A stretch of 59,679 nt of DNA from a virus (IMGVR_UViG_3300032231_000653:1-59679); one strand, 5' to 3'; counted from the stretch's first letter, positions 1 through 10,399 are shown. Program-made: numbers and translations. The notes: generated from the letters alone by a model not told the origin.

Positions 1-238
1 AAGTGAAAATGAAAAAAATGCATTAAATGCGATAGTGGATGCTATTCCAACAATAATAACACAAGCGCCGCAAAAAATTACACAAGCGGTGTCCTTAATT
101 TTAAATAAAGAGACTCAATGGGTAGAAGAAGAGCTAAATGTTGAAGTGGTAATCGAGGTCTTAGCACCTTTTTTGTTATATTACTTCCAAATGATGTCTT
201 TGAAAGTAAAAATACCAAAAGCACAGACACAAAAATAA
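1..238 (+). CDS. Tail assembly chaperone (5'-partial; lambda gpG-like)
   Basis: Frame is open from the window start and lies upstream of the tape measure gene. It contains the slippery heptamer T TTT TTG at 169-175. Confidence 0.65.
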   Translation, partial: SENEKNALNAIVDAIPTIITQAPQKITQAVSLILNKETQWVEEELNVEVVIEVLAPFLLYYFQMMSLKVKIPKAQTQK

Positions 239-444
239 CAATAAGCGAGTACATCACATTTTTTTGTGTTAAATTCGGATGGACTGTGCATCAAGTGATT
301 GAGCACTCACGAATAGAATTAAACATGTTATTGAGTGTATTGGATAATAACAAAAAACAACAAGACACACATGATCCCACAATAGTTGATGAACTAGAAT
401 CATACAATATAAAAAAACTTAAAGAAACAAGCCCACTTAAGTAG
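169..444 (+). CDS. -1 frameshift extension of the tail assembly chaperone (gpGT-like)
   Basis: The -1 frame is open from 145 to TAG at 442-444, with its first ATG only at 325. It translates to ...ISEYITFFCVKFGWTVHQVIEHSRIELNMLL... Confidence 0.6.
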   Translation, partial: FFVILLPNDVFESKNTKSTDTKITISEYITFFCVKFGWTVHQVIEHSRIELNMLLSVLDNNKKQQDTHDPTIVDELESYNIKKLKETSPLK

Positions 445-462
445 GTACAATATGATTATAAT

Positions 463-500
463 GCCTTCCTTCAAATTTAAAATGTCGGAAGGTTTTTTTA
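463..500 (+). terminator. Possible intrinsic terminator
   Basis: CCTTCC...GGAAGG stem followed by a T7 tract; the loop is long. Confidence 0.35.
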
Positions 501-512
501 TAGGATAATTCG

Positions 513-962
513 ATGTTAAAAAGATTTATATTCACTGCATTTGTGATTTTCATGAGTGCACATAGTGCATTGTGCGCCACAAAAATAGGCAGTGTTATAT
601 ACATAAATGAAAATGTTATTCAAATAGATTGTTCTAATGTGGTAGATAACGGTGTAGGCATGGAGTTTATTGATGCAGTAACACCTGAAAATTCTGTTTT
701 TGGAAAAATGCGTTTCCGTGCAGAATATGCTACACATAATGCAGCTTGGACTGAATGGATGTCTTATGCTAAATTGAAAAAAGTAGTTTTAGCAGAAGTT
801 GTCCCAAACAAGCAGTTTAAAATAACTGGTGAATTTTGTGACATTTTAAATAATTGCCAAGGTGAAAATGCACAAACAACAGATGAGTACTTAATTTTAG
901 ATGATGCTGCACCTACAGGTGGTGTAAAAATTGTAATTACTGTAGTTATAGGTTCGCAATAA
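513..962 (+). CDS. Hypothetical exported protein (signal peptide)
   Basis: N-terminus MLKR + hydrophobic core + AHSALCA; AGGA RBS. Confidence 0.6.
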   Translation: MLKRFIFTAFVIFMSAHSALCATKIGSVIYINENVIQIDCSNVVDNGVGMEFIDAVTPENSVFGKMRFRAEYATHNAAWTEWMSYAKLKKVVLAEVVPNKQFKITGEFCDILNNCQGENAQTTDEYLILDDAAPTGGVKIVITVVIGSQ

Positions 963-963
963 A

Positions 964-3963
964 ATGGCAACACGTGATCTACTCGTAAGGATTGTTGTAG
1001 ATTTAAACAAATTTACACAAGGTATAGGCAACGCGAGTAAACATGTAAAAGACTTTACAAATCAAACAGCAGATTTTTCAAAAAAGCACACTGCTGATAT
1101 AAAAAAGGCGGGTATTGCTTTAACTGCGTTCGCAGGTACCGCTGCGTTTGCTCTGAAAAAGGCGTCTGGCGTTGCTTTAGATTATGAAGAACAGATGGCA
1201 CGTGTAGAAACCATGCTGCGCGATAATGTCAACACTGCAACTAACGAAGTCGTTGATACTATGGCTAACTTTGACGTAAAAGTTAAAAGTATGGCCACGG
1301 AATTTGGACAGTCAACTAAAACATTATCTGATGGCTTATATAATGCATTATCCGCAGGAAATGACGCAACGGAAAGTATAGAGTTACTTGAAGAAGCTGC
1401 GAAAATAGCCGCGGGCCAATTCACAGAAACAGGTACGGTTATCGAAGTACTGTTAACTACTATGGAAGCATACGGAGACGAAATAAGCGATGTCACACAC
1501 GTTTCAGATATGCTTTCAAATACTGTATTTCTAGCACGAACAGAAATGGGCGCGTTAGCGCAACAGGCAGGCAATTTCATACCCATAGGCAAACAACTTG
1601 GCATACCACTAAATGATTTACTCGCACTATTCGCACAGCTTACATTATCTTTAGGGAGTACTGAGCGGGCTACCACCACGCTCAGTGGGATAATGAACAC
1701 TTTTACAAAACCGCAGGAACAAGCTAAAAAGGCATTTGCAGAGCTTACCCAAGAAGCACTAGGATACAGCGCGGAACTATCAATAAACACAGTTAAACAA
1801 CTGGGTTTTGGAAATATTTTAAAATTAATAAGTGGTGCTAGTGTAGAGCACGCATCAGCACTATTTGGATCACAAGAAGCGTTAAAAGGTCTCGACGTTT
1901 TAATGTCAAAGAGTAACGAGACTATGCAAAAAAGCGCGCAAATATTGAATGACAGGGGTACAGCGCAAAATCACTTTAATAATGCACAAGATAAAACGTT
2001 TTTTAAAATACAACAAACAGAACAGAAAATAAAAGTCGCATTAATTGATACTTTTAGTAATTCTCTCCCAATAATTGAAGCCTTTACAATGCTACTGGGA
2101 GATATGGCGGCATGGTTTAGTAAGTTGTCTCCTGCAACAAAACGCTTCATCGCATCCATTTCCGTTGGTAGTGTGGCTGTAGCAGCAGTATCCGCAGGAT
2201 TATTAAGCATAACACTATTGTTACCTAAACTTGTAGCAGGCTTTGCTGTAGTTAAAGGTGCTGTAATCGCTTTGAATGCGCACGTGTTTCTGCTCGCGGG
2301 TAGTGTTAAAGCACTGTTGGCTGTGGGGCTTTTAAAGTGGTTGGGCGCGGTAGCCGCTGCTTTCGCCGTTGGTTGGGGTATTGGAAAATTACTTACGCAG
2401 TTCGATGCGTTAAACCGCGCCATACAAACTACTATCGAATACTGGACAAAACTAATAGGCTTAGACTTCTCAAAACCTGCTGCGGATGTCGCAGGTTTGT
2501 CAAAAAGGCTTGATGAAATTAACAAAAAGTACGGTATTCAAGCTAAAAGTGCCGAAGAGGCTCTAAAAATTATTAAAGAGCGTAATGCTGCAACTAGAGA
2601 AGCACTCGAATCTGACAAACCCATAGACAGCACTAGCCTTATAGAACGTGTTAAGAAATTAAAGGCGACAGAACAGAAAGTATTGTCTAAAGAGGAAAAG
2701 AAAAACCAGGACGAAATATTAAAGTTAAAAAGACAATTAGCTATAGAGAGCTTGGAAGTAGCGGGTAAGGAGAAAGATGCGAAATTACTCGTGCTTTTAC
2801 GGGAATTTGAAGAGCGAAAAAAAGTGCTAGGTGATGACTTGGAGCTTGAGCGTTGGTATCAAAACAGCCGTAATGCCATAGAGAAAGAGTATGCTGACAA
2901 AAAGGCAGAAAAAAGGCAAGAGCAATTAGTAGAATTGGAACAAGAGTATGTGCGCGGTTTAAATTTAGAAAAAAGCCTTATTGAAAATATAGGCTTTTCT
3001 TGGGCAGGATATTACGATTGGAAAAAACAGCGCATTGAAGATGACTTCTTAGAAACACTAGATAACACTGACAATAAAGAAGCTGCAGAGCGTGTATACC
3101 AAAACAATCTTAAAAAACTGGATATTAAGAAGCAAGAACACGCCGAAAGTGTCAAAGAAAAAGAGCTTGATGCACTCATAAAACATTTAGAAAGCCTTAC
3201 AGAAGCCAATGAAGATTACTATAAAACCATAAGCGAAATAGCACAACGCACAGGGCAAACAAGAACAGAAGTTATAAATATGCACGTTGAAAATGTGAAA
3301 CAAAACTTCAACAGTGCGCTCGAAGGCATGCACGCCGCATCGGAAGAATTTGTTAACGAAGAAGTTAATCTGTATCAAATGAGTCATGAAATTATCCAAG
3401 ATGGTTATACAAGCATGATTGATGGTATGTCAGATTTACTATCGGAATTTATTGAAGGAGCCATTAGGGGCAATGTGAGCATGCGTGATAGTTTTAATGC
3501 AATTACGCAAGATATGGCACGATCTTTTATACAGGCCGTCTCTCGGATGATTGTAAAGGCGCTTATATTAAAAGCCATCCAAGGCATGACGGGTACAGGT
3601 GCCATTCCGCTAGGCGCAGAAAAAGGAGGTCTAATACCCGCATTAGGCTATCAAAGTGGTGGTTCAGTATTGGGTGCAAGCGGCCCTGGGGATAATGTGC
3701 GTGCTAATTTAAAAGGTGGGGAGTTTGTAGTACGTAAAGAAGCTGTAAATTCCAGTACGCTTAAGCAGCTTGCACGTATTAACAAAACAGGACGTACACA
3801 AACCAACACACCTCAGGTACAAACTGGAGATATTGTCAATTTTATTGACCCTTCGTTGTTTCAGAATTATATTGCAAAAAATCCAGACGCTATAACAAAT
3901 GTTGTTTCAGCGGATGCAGCAGGTGGCGGACGCGTACGTTCAAGTTTAAGAAAAACGTTATAA
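964..3963 (+). CDS. Tail tape measure protein (TP901 family)
   Basis: 999 aa, Ala-rich helical N-core, central hydrophobic segment, coiled coil, and C-terminal GG.V.G..GPGDNV.A.L..GEFV motif. Confidence 0.9.
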   Translation: MATRDLLVRIVVDLNKFTQGIGNASKHVKDFTNQTADFSKKHTADIKKAGIALTAFAGTAAFALKKASGVALDYEEQMARVETMLRDNVNTATNEVVDTMANFDVKVKSMATEFGQSTKTLSDGLYNALSAGNDATESIELLEEAAKIAAGQFTETGTVIEVLLTTMEAYGDEISDVTHVSDMLSNTVFLARTEMGALAQQAGNFIPIGKQLGIPLNDLLALFAQLTLSLGSTERATTTLSGIMNTFTKPQEQAKKAFAELTQEALGYSAELSINTVKQLGFGNILKLISGASVEHASALFGSQEALKGLDVLMSKSNETMQKSAQILNDRGTAQNHFNNAQDKTFFKIQQTEQKIKVALIDTFSNSLPIIEAFTMLLGDMAAWFSKLSPATKRFIASISVGSVAVAAVSAGLLSITLLLPKLVAGFAVVKGAVIALNAHVFLLAGSVKALLAVGLLKWLGAVAAAFAVGWGIGKLLTQFDALNRAIQTTIEYWTKLIGLDFSKPAADVAGLSKRLDEINKKYGIQAKSAEEALKIIKERNAATREALESDKPIDSTSLIERVKKLKATEQKVLSKEEKKNQDEILKLKRQLAIESLEVAGKEKDAKLLVLLREFEERKKVLGDDLELERWYQNSRNAIEKEYADKKAEKRQEQLVELEQEYVRGLNLEKSLIENIGFSWAGYYDWKKQRIEDDFLETLDNTDNKEAAERVYQNNLKKLDIKKQEHAESVKEKELDALIKHLESLTEANEDYYKTISEIAQRTGQTRTEVINMHVENVKQNFNSALEGMHAASEEFVNEEVNLYQMSHEIIQDGYTSMIDGMSDLLSEFIEGAIRGNVSMRDSFNAITQDMARSFIQAVSRMIVKALILKAIQGMTGTGAIPLGAEKGGLIPALGYQSGGSVLGASGPGDNVRANLKGGEFVVRKEAVNSSTLKQLARINKTGRTQTNTPQVQTGDIVNFIDPSLFQNYIAKNPDAITNVVSADAAGGGRVRSSLRKTL

Positions 3964-3983
3964 GATTTTAAAGAAAGTTAGCT

Positions 3984-4574
3984 ATGGGTGCATCTGACAT
4001 TTTTATATGGGAACCTGATTTTAATGCTATAACATCAGGCATAACACATAAAACACTTGTGACTACCTTTGAGTCCGGCAAGGAACAGCGCCGCACTAAA
4101 TGGGCTAAACCTAAATATGCTGCAAATTTAACATTTTTGCGCTACTTACAGCAACGTGGTGTTATTGGTGATATTTGGGCTTTTGTAGAAGCCAGGCAAG
4201 GTAAGTACGATTATTTTTGGTTGCCTTCTTTTAAACATGATACTTTTTTAATGGCAGACTATACAGGCGGGACTACGGTTTATGTGGAACGTACAGATAG
4301 GTTTTCTGCCGTATCGGAAGCGCATGGTAACTATATTTACATTAATGATGGTACAAATCACGAAATAAAGCAAGTGAGTTCGTTGGCCAGTAGCCCTGAG
4401 CGCATCATCCTTGTTGGGGCACTCACGAACTCTTACATAGTCAATAGTGCCAAAGGGCAGAAAGTTTGGGTGCAGATTGCGTATAAGGTACGTTTAGCCG
4501 CGGATAGTTATAGTGAGGACAATACTGCTGATTTTGTTCATTCTACAGGATTAACTTTTGTTGAGGTATTTTAA
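3984..4574 (+). CDS. Distal tail protein (DUF2460-like)
   Basis: T.V..FESGKEQRR.KW and F..AR.G....F motifs; directly follows the tape measure gene. Confidence 0.75.
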   Translation: MGASDIFIWEPDFNAITSGITHKTLVTTFESGKEQRRTKWAKPKYAANLTFLRYLQQRGVIGDIWAFVEARQGKYDYFWLPSFKHDTFLMADYTGGTTVYVERTDRFSAVSEAHGNYIYINDGTNHEIKQVSSLASSPERIILVGALTNSYIVNSAKGQKVWVQIAYKVRLAADSYSEDNTADFVHSTGLTFVEVF

Positions 4575-5407
4575 TGGGACGAACTATACCGGCAGCTTTA
4601 GCATCTGTAATTTTAGATGAACAAAACGCACCATTAGAGCTATATGAAATCTATCTGGATGATCAAACTTATTATTATGTTAATGCTGAACAGGACATAG
4701 TTTTAGGTGTACAAACATATACAGCGATAGGAATAAGCCGCACGCGCATCAGTACAACAATAGATTCAAAAGTTGATGAGATTAGTGTGCAGCTTGATAA
4801 TGTTGACAAAGGCTTCACACAACTAATACAATCTAAAGAATTGCAAGGCAAACGGATCATTGTTAAAAAGGCGTTTAGAGGGTACTTAGGTAGTGCTGTA
4901 AATATTATTGTCCTTTTTGACGGGCGCATTGACATGCTTGCAATAGACCAGCAAAAAGTGCAAGCACGGATAGTAAGCTGGTTAAATGCCGTAACAAAAA
5001 AATACCCCGGAAGGATGTTTCAGGCACAATGTAATCATAAGTTTGGTGACACATGGTGTACTATAGATAAGGATGCCGTAGCCAATAAAGTGACAGGAAC
5101 TGCGGATGCTGGTACCACAACAACACTAATAGACGCAGCATTGACACAAGCAGGTGATTACTGGAAAGATGGAGTTATAAAAATAACCGGTGGGACAAAT
5201 ATAGGATTATCACGTCAAGTGCGCGTCTTTGACGCGGTAACAGATACTCTAACTTTCCGGTTAGGGTTTCCTGTAGCTATAGATGACACATCACAATACA
5301 CGCTTTATCGCGGATGTAACAAAACCCAAAATATATGTGTAAATACATATAACAATTGGCAACATTATGGTGGATACACAACAATTCCAAAAAAACCACT
5401 TGTATAA
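4574..5407 (+). CDS. Baseplate hub / minor tail protein (BR0599/DUF2163-like, Fe-S Cys motif)
   Basis: C.HKFGD..C ... GCNKT...C...YNN..HYGGY..IP C-terminal signature. Confidence 0.8.
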   Translation: MGRTIPAALASVILDEQNAPLELYEIYLDDQTYYYVNAEQDIVLGVQTYTAIGISRTRISTTIDSKVDEISVQLDNVDKGFTQLIQSKELQGKRIIVKKAFRGYLGSAVNIIVLFDGRIDMLAIDQQKVQARIVSWLNAVTKKYPGRMFQAQCNHKFGDTWCTIDKDAVANKVTGTADAGTTTTLIDAALTQAGDYWKDGVIKITGGTNIGLSRQVRVFDAVTDTLTFRLGFPVAIDDTSQYTLYRGCNKTQNICVNTYNNWQHYGGYTTIPKKPLV

Positions 5408-5879
5408 AAATAAGACTGATTTTAAAAATGCGTTTTTAGAAGAGAGCAAAACGTGGTTAAACACGCCTTTCAGGCATATGGGCAGAACAAAAAGAGGCGT
5501 TGACTGTCAAGGACTTATTATTGCAATATTTACGAATTTAAACTTTTATTTCCCAAAAAAAGCACATGTTTTGTATTCTTTTAATTGGCAATTAGGAGAT
5601 CCAAAAAAATGTGCTTTAACGCTTAAAGAATATTGTGAGCGTGTACGGGATTCTGAAAGGTGCATGAGCGATATATGCGCATTTAAAGTACAGCACACAG
5701 CAGAAAATCACGTGGGTATCTGGCTGAATAAACATGAATTTATCCATTCTTCAATCGTCGTTAACAGGTCTGTACAAATATCGGATATTCGACAGCGGTT
5801 TTGGCAGAATAATTATTTAGGAACCCATAGGTTAAAATTTATGGTGGAGGCATTTAAAACGTGGGCGGTGGCACAATAG
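5367..5879 (+). CDS. NlpC/P60 tail-associated peptidase
   Basis: W..TPFRH.GR...GVDC.GL and HVGI...FIHS catalytic motifs. Confidence 0.85.
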   Translation: MVDTQQFQKNHLYKNKTDFKNAFLEESKTWLNTPFRHMGRTKRGVDCQGLIIAIFTNLNFYFPKKAHVLYSFNWQLGDPKKCALTLKEYCERVRDSERCMSDICAFKVQHTAENHVGIWLNKHEFIHSSIVVNRSVQISDIRQRFWQNNYLGTHRLKFMVEAFKTWAVAQ

Positions 5880-8800
5880 GACAGTATGTAGGCGCGGGCG
5901 TTGGGCTTGTTGTTGGATTTTGGATGGGCGGCCCCGCAGGTGCTATGTATGGCGCTATGTTAGGATATGGTATTGGCGGTATGATAGATGCTCCACAAGT
6001 GCCTGAGCAAGAAATAGACACACGTGATTTGCAATTTAATACCTTTCAAAGGAATCTCCCTGTTCCTATAGTATACGGGAGAAGCCGAGTATATGGCAAT
6101 CTGATGTGGATAGGAAATGCACGATCAGAAGTTCATAAGGAGGGCGGTACGGGAGGCAAAGGCGGTGCGCCTGCGGGCGGCGGGTCAAAATGGGTGGAGT
6201 ATTTTGCAGATTTTGCTGTAGCTTTATCAGAAGGGCCTATCTCATCAATAATACAAGTTTTTTTAGAAGATACCGATATTACTGAAGATGAGGGCACAAA
6301 TTGGATAGGATATACAGGCACTTCTGATCAAAGTGCCAATTATTTAGTACAAAACGCCATATCTGACAACCCGCCTGTATGGGCAGATACTGCCTATGTC
6401 ATATGGTCTGGTTCTCTAGGTCAAATGAATAGGTTACCCATGGTTTCTGCCATTATTCATGCAATTGCCGGCGGTGTGCCTATAACATGGGAGCTAGGGG
6501 GCACTTGGGAGGATTATTTGGCTGCACCATATAACAGCAGTACAGCTATAAATTCATATCCAGGTGTGAATGTCGCTGGTGACGAGATTGTAATTTCGTA
6601 TTCATTTGTTGATGGTGAAATGCACTTATTCTGGTGGCGTGAAAGCACTGGGCAATGGCATGATAAAGGAAGCCCAGATTATTATAATACGTACCTAGAC
6701 GACAATCAGTCCGCATGGGTGTCTTGGGCAGACTATTGGTGGTGGCCTTGTACGCAAAGTTTAACTCCATGGGGTAATGGTTTAGTCCGCGCAGATTCGG
6801 ATTTAGATGCATTTGTATTTTTAGAAACGCCCAGCAGCAAGAAAGTAGAATGGTTGGTAGTAGGAGATATTGATTACCTGTTAGGCCCACCCTTAGAATC
6901 CGGAGCTAACGAGCGTCTTTTTGTCGGCACTTTAGGAGGTTCAATTTATTATCTGCAAGGAACGACCTACTTTTTACTTGCAACTATAGGTTCTGATCAT
7001 TATGGCGGAAATATTATACACTTTAGTGATATATCATGGCGTATAGTAGTTTTAAATAGGTCAGGCGCTACGTACAATATATATATTTCAGATTCAAAAG
7101 ACCCTACTAATTTTACAGCGCACGCTTTCCCGCAAGGTAATTTTTCAATATGCGCTTTCCAACCCGCAGGGCCTTTTTTGGGGGAATTTTGGTTCATCGC
7201 AGGTAAGACAGCAGATAGTGGTAAGTACTGGTTATATTCGTGTGATGTGGATGGTAATATCACTGAGCATGTACGTGTACTAGACACGGTGGACAGTAAC
7301 AGGCGTGTTACGGGAATTTTTGTGCGCGGCGGCAAGCTATGGTTATCTGTTAATTTCCCTACGCAAGGAGGGTATCTGGCAGGTTGGTATAATGCTGTAA
7401 CAAATACTATAACGTGGTTAAACACACCTTCTTATGAATGGACGCACGGTAAGGGTTCTTTAGTTTATGACACTAACTACTTAAGAGCAATTCAAGCGGA
7501 TGTTAGTAGTACTAACAGGGATGTGCGTTTAAGTTTTACGCAAGTAGGTTTTGAAAATTCACCAGCGGCGGCCATTTGGGATTTTTTAACAAATACACGT
7601 TATGGGATGGGTATACCTACAGACAAACTTGATCAAACGTCTTTTGAAGAAGTACATACTTATTGCACAGAAATTTTAGCGGACGGCTCAGAACGTTACA
7701 ATTTGGATATAGTTCTTGGATCACATAAATCTGCACTTGATCATCTAGTCATGATGTTACAGTCTTTTGGGGGCTTTCTAGTATGGTCAGAAGGCGTTAT
7801 CAAATTAAGAGTTGATAAGGCAGAATCCAGCATTGCAGCGATAACAGAAGACGAAATAATCACAGATACTTTTCAATACACCGTACCATCTTTAAACGAT
7901 ATTCCTAACAGAATAAAAGTAGATATTAGGGATCGTGATGATGAGTTTAGACATAATATACTTTTTGCTAACGATGAATACGACCAAGAAGCAACCGACG
8001 AGATACGTGAAATTTTAGTTCAATTACATGGCGTTTCCAGGAAAGGTCAGGCGTCACGTTTAGCACAATACTATCTTGACAATGCTATAACTAATAAAAT
8101 AATAGTGACTTTTAGAGTAAGTATAAAAAATATTGCTTTTGAAGTTGGTGATGTCATAGATGTTACTCATTCATTGCCCGGGTGGACTCAAAAACTATTT
8201 AGAATATTAGAAATTTCTGAACAAGAAGATGAAGAACTAGCTTTAGTTTGCCGAGAGTACAACACGGATATTTACCATGATGAAGGTGTGGCTACACAAG
8301 CTAATACTGATTCATATATACCATCTCTTTTTGACCCTCCAGAGCATGTTGTACATCTCGATGCTTATGAAAAACCCGATGTTCCAGAAATAAAAATATC
8401 TTTTGGACTACCAGATGATCCCCGTTGGTGGGCCGGCGCACAAATTTTTAAAAGCGTTGGTAGCAACTTAGATTATGAATTTGTAGGAGATGCTTTTGTT
8501 ATCTCAGAAGTTGGCTTACTTGAAAATGTTATAGACGAAAATTCCACAACAATATATATTAAAAGAATTTATGGTGCGTTTCCTGATAATGGAACACTTA
8601 TTATTGAAGATGAGGAACTAAATTACACGAGTTTTGTAGATGATGATGATGACACAGGCTATTTTACCAGATGCACGCGTGGGCAAAATAACTCCTTAGC
8701 AACTACGCATGCACAGGATGTTGTTATAACACTGCGAGAGGACACATTTGTTTATGGTTATGATACTATGAATGAATTATTCCAAACAATATATTTTAAA

Positions 8801-9259
8801 GCGTTATCCGTTTCTCCTAAAGGTGTGGCCGCGACTCCTGTGGATGCTGCACCGGAAGTTACAATTGTGCCAATAGGTAAATACAGAAAGTTAAATCCTG
8901 TGGATGGTTTAGAAATAAATAACCAGGGTGCTGCAACAACTTTATTGGATAATGTGGATTGCAAAATTGATTGGAAAGGGACTAACCGCTATATAGGTTA
9001 TGGGAAGATGCCTTATGGCCAGCATGCTCTTGGTTATGGCGGTGGCGGTGTTGAAACAGATTTTGTAAATTATCAATTAGAAATAAGTGTTGCAGGAGAA
9101 ACTTTACGCAGAATTAATACCACGAGCGAAACATGGACATATACAGCAGACATGCGTGCGGAAGACGGCACGGATGTAAGTGCTAATTTTACAATAAATG
9201 TCCGACAGAAATCTCCCTGGAACCTGTCTGATGATAAATTATTAATAGTTAATAGTTAA
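5861..9259 (+). CDS. Tail tip / host-specificity protein (gpJ/megatron-like) with inserted beta-rich domain
   Basis: PVPIVYGR.RV.GN..W, ALSEGPI, PAAAIWDFLTN.RYG.G and GDVI.V.H motifs; Gly-rich N-terminus. Confidence 0.85.
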   Translation: MGGGTIGQYVGAGVGLVVGFWMGGPAGAMYGAMLGYGIGGMIDAPQVPEQEIDTRDLQFNTFQRNLPVPIVYGRSRVYGNLMWIGNARSEVHKEGGTGGKGGAPAGGGSKWVEYFADFAVALSEGPISSIIQVFLEDTDITEDEGTNWIGYTGTSDQSANYLVQNAISDNPPVWADTAYVIWSGSLGQMNRLPMVSAIIHAIAGGVPITWELGGTWEDYLAAPYNSSTAINSYPGVNVAGDEIVISYSFVDGEMHLFWWRESTGQWHDKGSPDYYNTYLDDNQSAWVSWADYWWWPCTQSLTPWGNGLVRADSDLDAFVFLETPSSKKVEWLVVGDIDYLLGPPLESGANERLFVGTLGGSIYYLQGTTYFLLATIGSDHYGGNIIHFSDISWRIVVLNRSGATYNIYISDSKDPTNFTAHAFPQGNFSICAFQPAGPFLGEFWFIAGKTADSGKYWLYSCDVDGNITEHVRVLDTVDSNRRVTGIFVRGGKLWLSVNFPTQGGYLAGWYNAVTNTITWLNTPSYEWTHGKGSLVYDTNYLRAIQADVSSTNRDVRLSFTQVGFENSPAAAIWDFLTNTRYGMGIPTDKLDQTSFEEVHTYCTEILADGSERYNLDIVLGSHKSALDHLVMMLQSFGGFLVWSEGVIKLRVDKAESSIAAITEDEIITDTFQYTVPSLNDIPNRIKVDIRDRDDEFRHNILFANDEYDQEATDEIREILVQLHGVSRKGQASRLAQYYLDNAITNKIIVTFRVSIKNIAFEVGDVIDVTHSLPGWTQKLFRILEISEQEDEELALVCREYNTDIYHDEGVATQANTDSYIPSLFDPPEHVVHLDAYEKPDVPEIKISFGLPDDPRWWAGAQIFKSVGSNLDYEFVGDAFVISEVGLLENVIDENSTTIYIKRIYGAFPDNGTLIIEDEELNYTSFVDDDDDTGYFTRCTRGQNNSLATTHAQDVVITLREDTFVYGYDTMNELFQTIYFKALSVSPKGVAATPVDAAPEVTIVPIGKYRKLNPVDGLEINNQGAATTLLDNVDCKIDWKGTNRYIGYGKMPYGQHALGYGGGGVETDFVNYQLEISVAGETLRRINTTSETWTYTADMRAEDGTDVSANFTINVRQKSPWNLSDDKLLIVNS

Positions 9260-9260
9260 A

Positions 9261-9749
9261 ATGCTAAATTTAAAAAATGTTGCTAAAACGGCTGTGCTGC
9301 AACTAGAAGTAGATACACTAATTGAAAAGGGAAATGCTCATGCAGTGCGTGTTCATGAAAGAATCAAGCTGCTCAGAGAGCGCACGCTTAAAGATACACA
9401 TGCGTTAAATAAGATACAAGTTGTTGATTTAGGCGTTGTCAGAAAAAATGTCAAAATTGCAGAAGTTATGCTCACAAAAAGCCTTGAAAAATTAAGTAAA
9501 GAATATGTATCTAAAGAGCTTTTGCAACACATAGATTTGTGTTTGAAAACGTGTGCTGATTATAGACGTACAATCACACAAGGCATCAAAATGGATGTAG
9601 CACGTTTACGTCTGCTGGATAAGATATACAAGCGTAATATAAAAATTCTGAAATTGAAAAATTCCAAATACCTTAAGCGCGTATTACAGATGATACGACA
9701 AAAACAAAAACAACAATTAAGCCTGCCAAGTTTTACGTACAATTCATAA
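9261..9749 (+). CDS. Hypothetical basic protein
   Basis: 162-aa ORF abutting the tail tip gene; no motif recognised. Confidence 0.5.
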   Translation: MLNLKNVAKTAVLQLEVDTLIEKGNAHAVRVHERIKLLRERTLKDTHALNKIQVVDLGVVRKNVKIAEVMLTKSLEKLSKEYVSKELLQHIDLCLKTCADYRRTITQGIKMDVARLRLLDKIYKRNIKILKLKNSKYLKRVLQMIRQKQKQQLSLPSFTYNS

Positions 9750-9787
9750 TTCTCAATGTTTTACAAATATGTTTCGAGTTTAGCAAG

Positions 9788-9836
9788 GTGCATGTCACTG
9801 AACACATGAAGTGGCCAGCGGCATGCACACTTTTTA
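9788..9836. terminator. Hairpin terminator between convergent genes
   Basis: GTGCATGTCACTG...CAGCGGCATGCAC imperfect stem followed by TTTTT. Confidence 0.5.
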
Positions 9837-9839
9837 TAC

Positions 9840-10250
9840 TTAGACACCTCTTCTTTTAAGCTCTTCAATTAGCTCATCATTTGAAAAAGTAGCTAATGGG
9901 TTTTTCTTGCAAGCTAACTCTTCTTCAATTACTGGCCAGAGTTGGATCGCCCAATCCCTCCCAGCGTCATTGATTTTCTTTAGAATTTTCAAGTTGGAGC
10001 CGTGTATAGAAAATAAGGTTACATTATTCGTATGATTTTTTCTTGAGCCGCCTTTATCAACATCCAGATACAACCCGTCGTTAAAGGAGTTTAACCCCTC
10101 ATGGATGGTTTTAAAGTCTCCTATAAGACTGTATCCGTTGTTTTTTGTTTTGTCTAAACCCGTTATTTGTTTACTCCACCCACCATTGTAACGGGCGGCA
10201 CCTATTTCTTTCAAAATATCTATGACCATCTTCTTAGCTCCATTTTTCAA
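9840..10250 (-). CDS. Hypothetical protein
   Basis: 136-aa ORF lying downstream of a sigma54-type promoter. Confidence 0.7.
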   Translation of the reverse strand: MKNGAKKMVIDILKEIGAARYNGGWSKQITGLDKTKNNGYSLIGDFKTIHEGLNSFNDGLYLDVDKGGSRKNHTNNVTLFSIHGSNLKILKKINDAGRDWAIQLWPVIEEELACKKNPLATFSNDELIEELKRRGV

Positions 10251-10270
10251 ATTTTAAAATTAGTAATTTC

Positions 10271-10399
10271 ACAACGTATGTAAGTGTATAATGCAACCAG
10301 TATGCCAGAACGCAATGCTTTAAACAATAGGCTTTTAGCAACAACACATGAATTAAGTGTACCATAAGGTACACTTAATGAACATAAACGTACTTTGTA
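10271..10399. repeat. 129-bp inverted repeat, copy A (partner 49769-49897)
   Basis: Manual alignment with the reverse complement of 49769-49897 gives 6 mismatches and no gaps. Confidence 0.95.
10292..10307 (-). promoter_or_regulatory. Sigma54-type promoter
   Basis: TGGCATACTGGTTGCA (GG-N10-GC) on the minus strand. Confidence 0.8.

Noticed and set aside
1182-3605. Minus-strand ORFs within the tape measure gene (and similar shadow ORFs across the window)
   Set aside because: They are antisense to well-supported genes and have no motifs or RBS.
9812-9827. GG-N10-GC sigma54-like match
   Set aside because: It is part of a terminator stem and points antisense into a convergent gene; probably chance.
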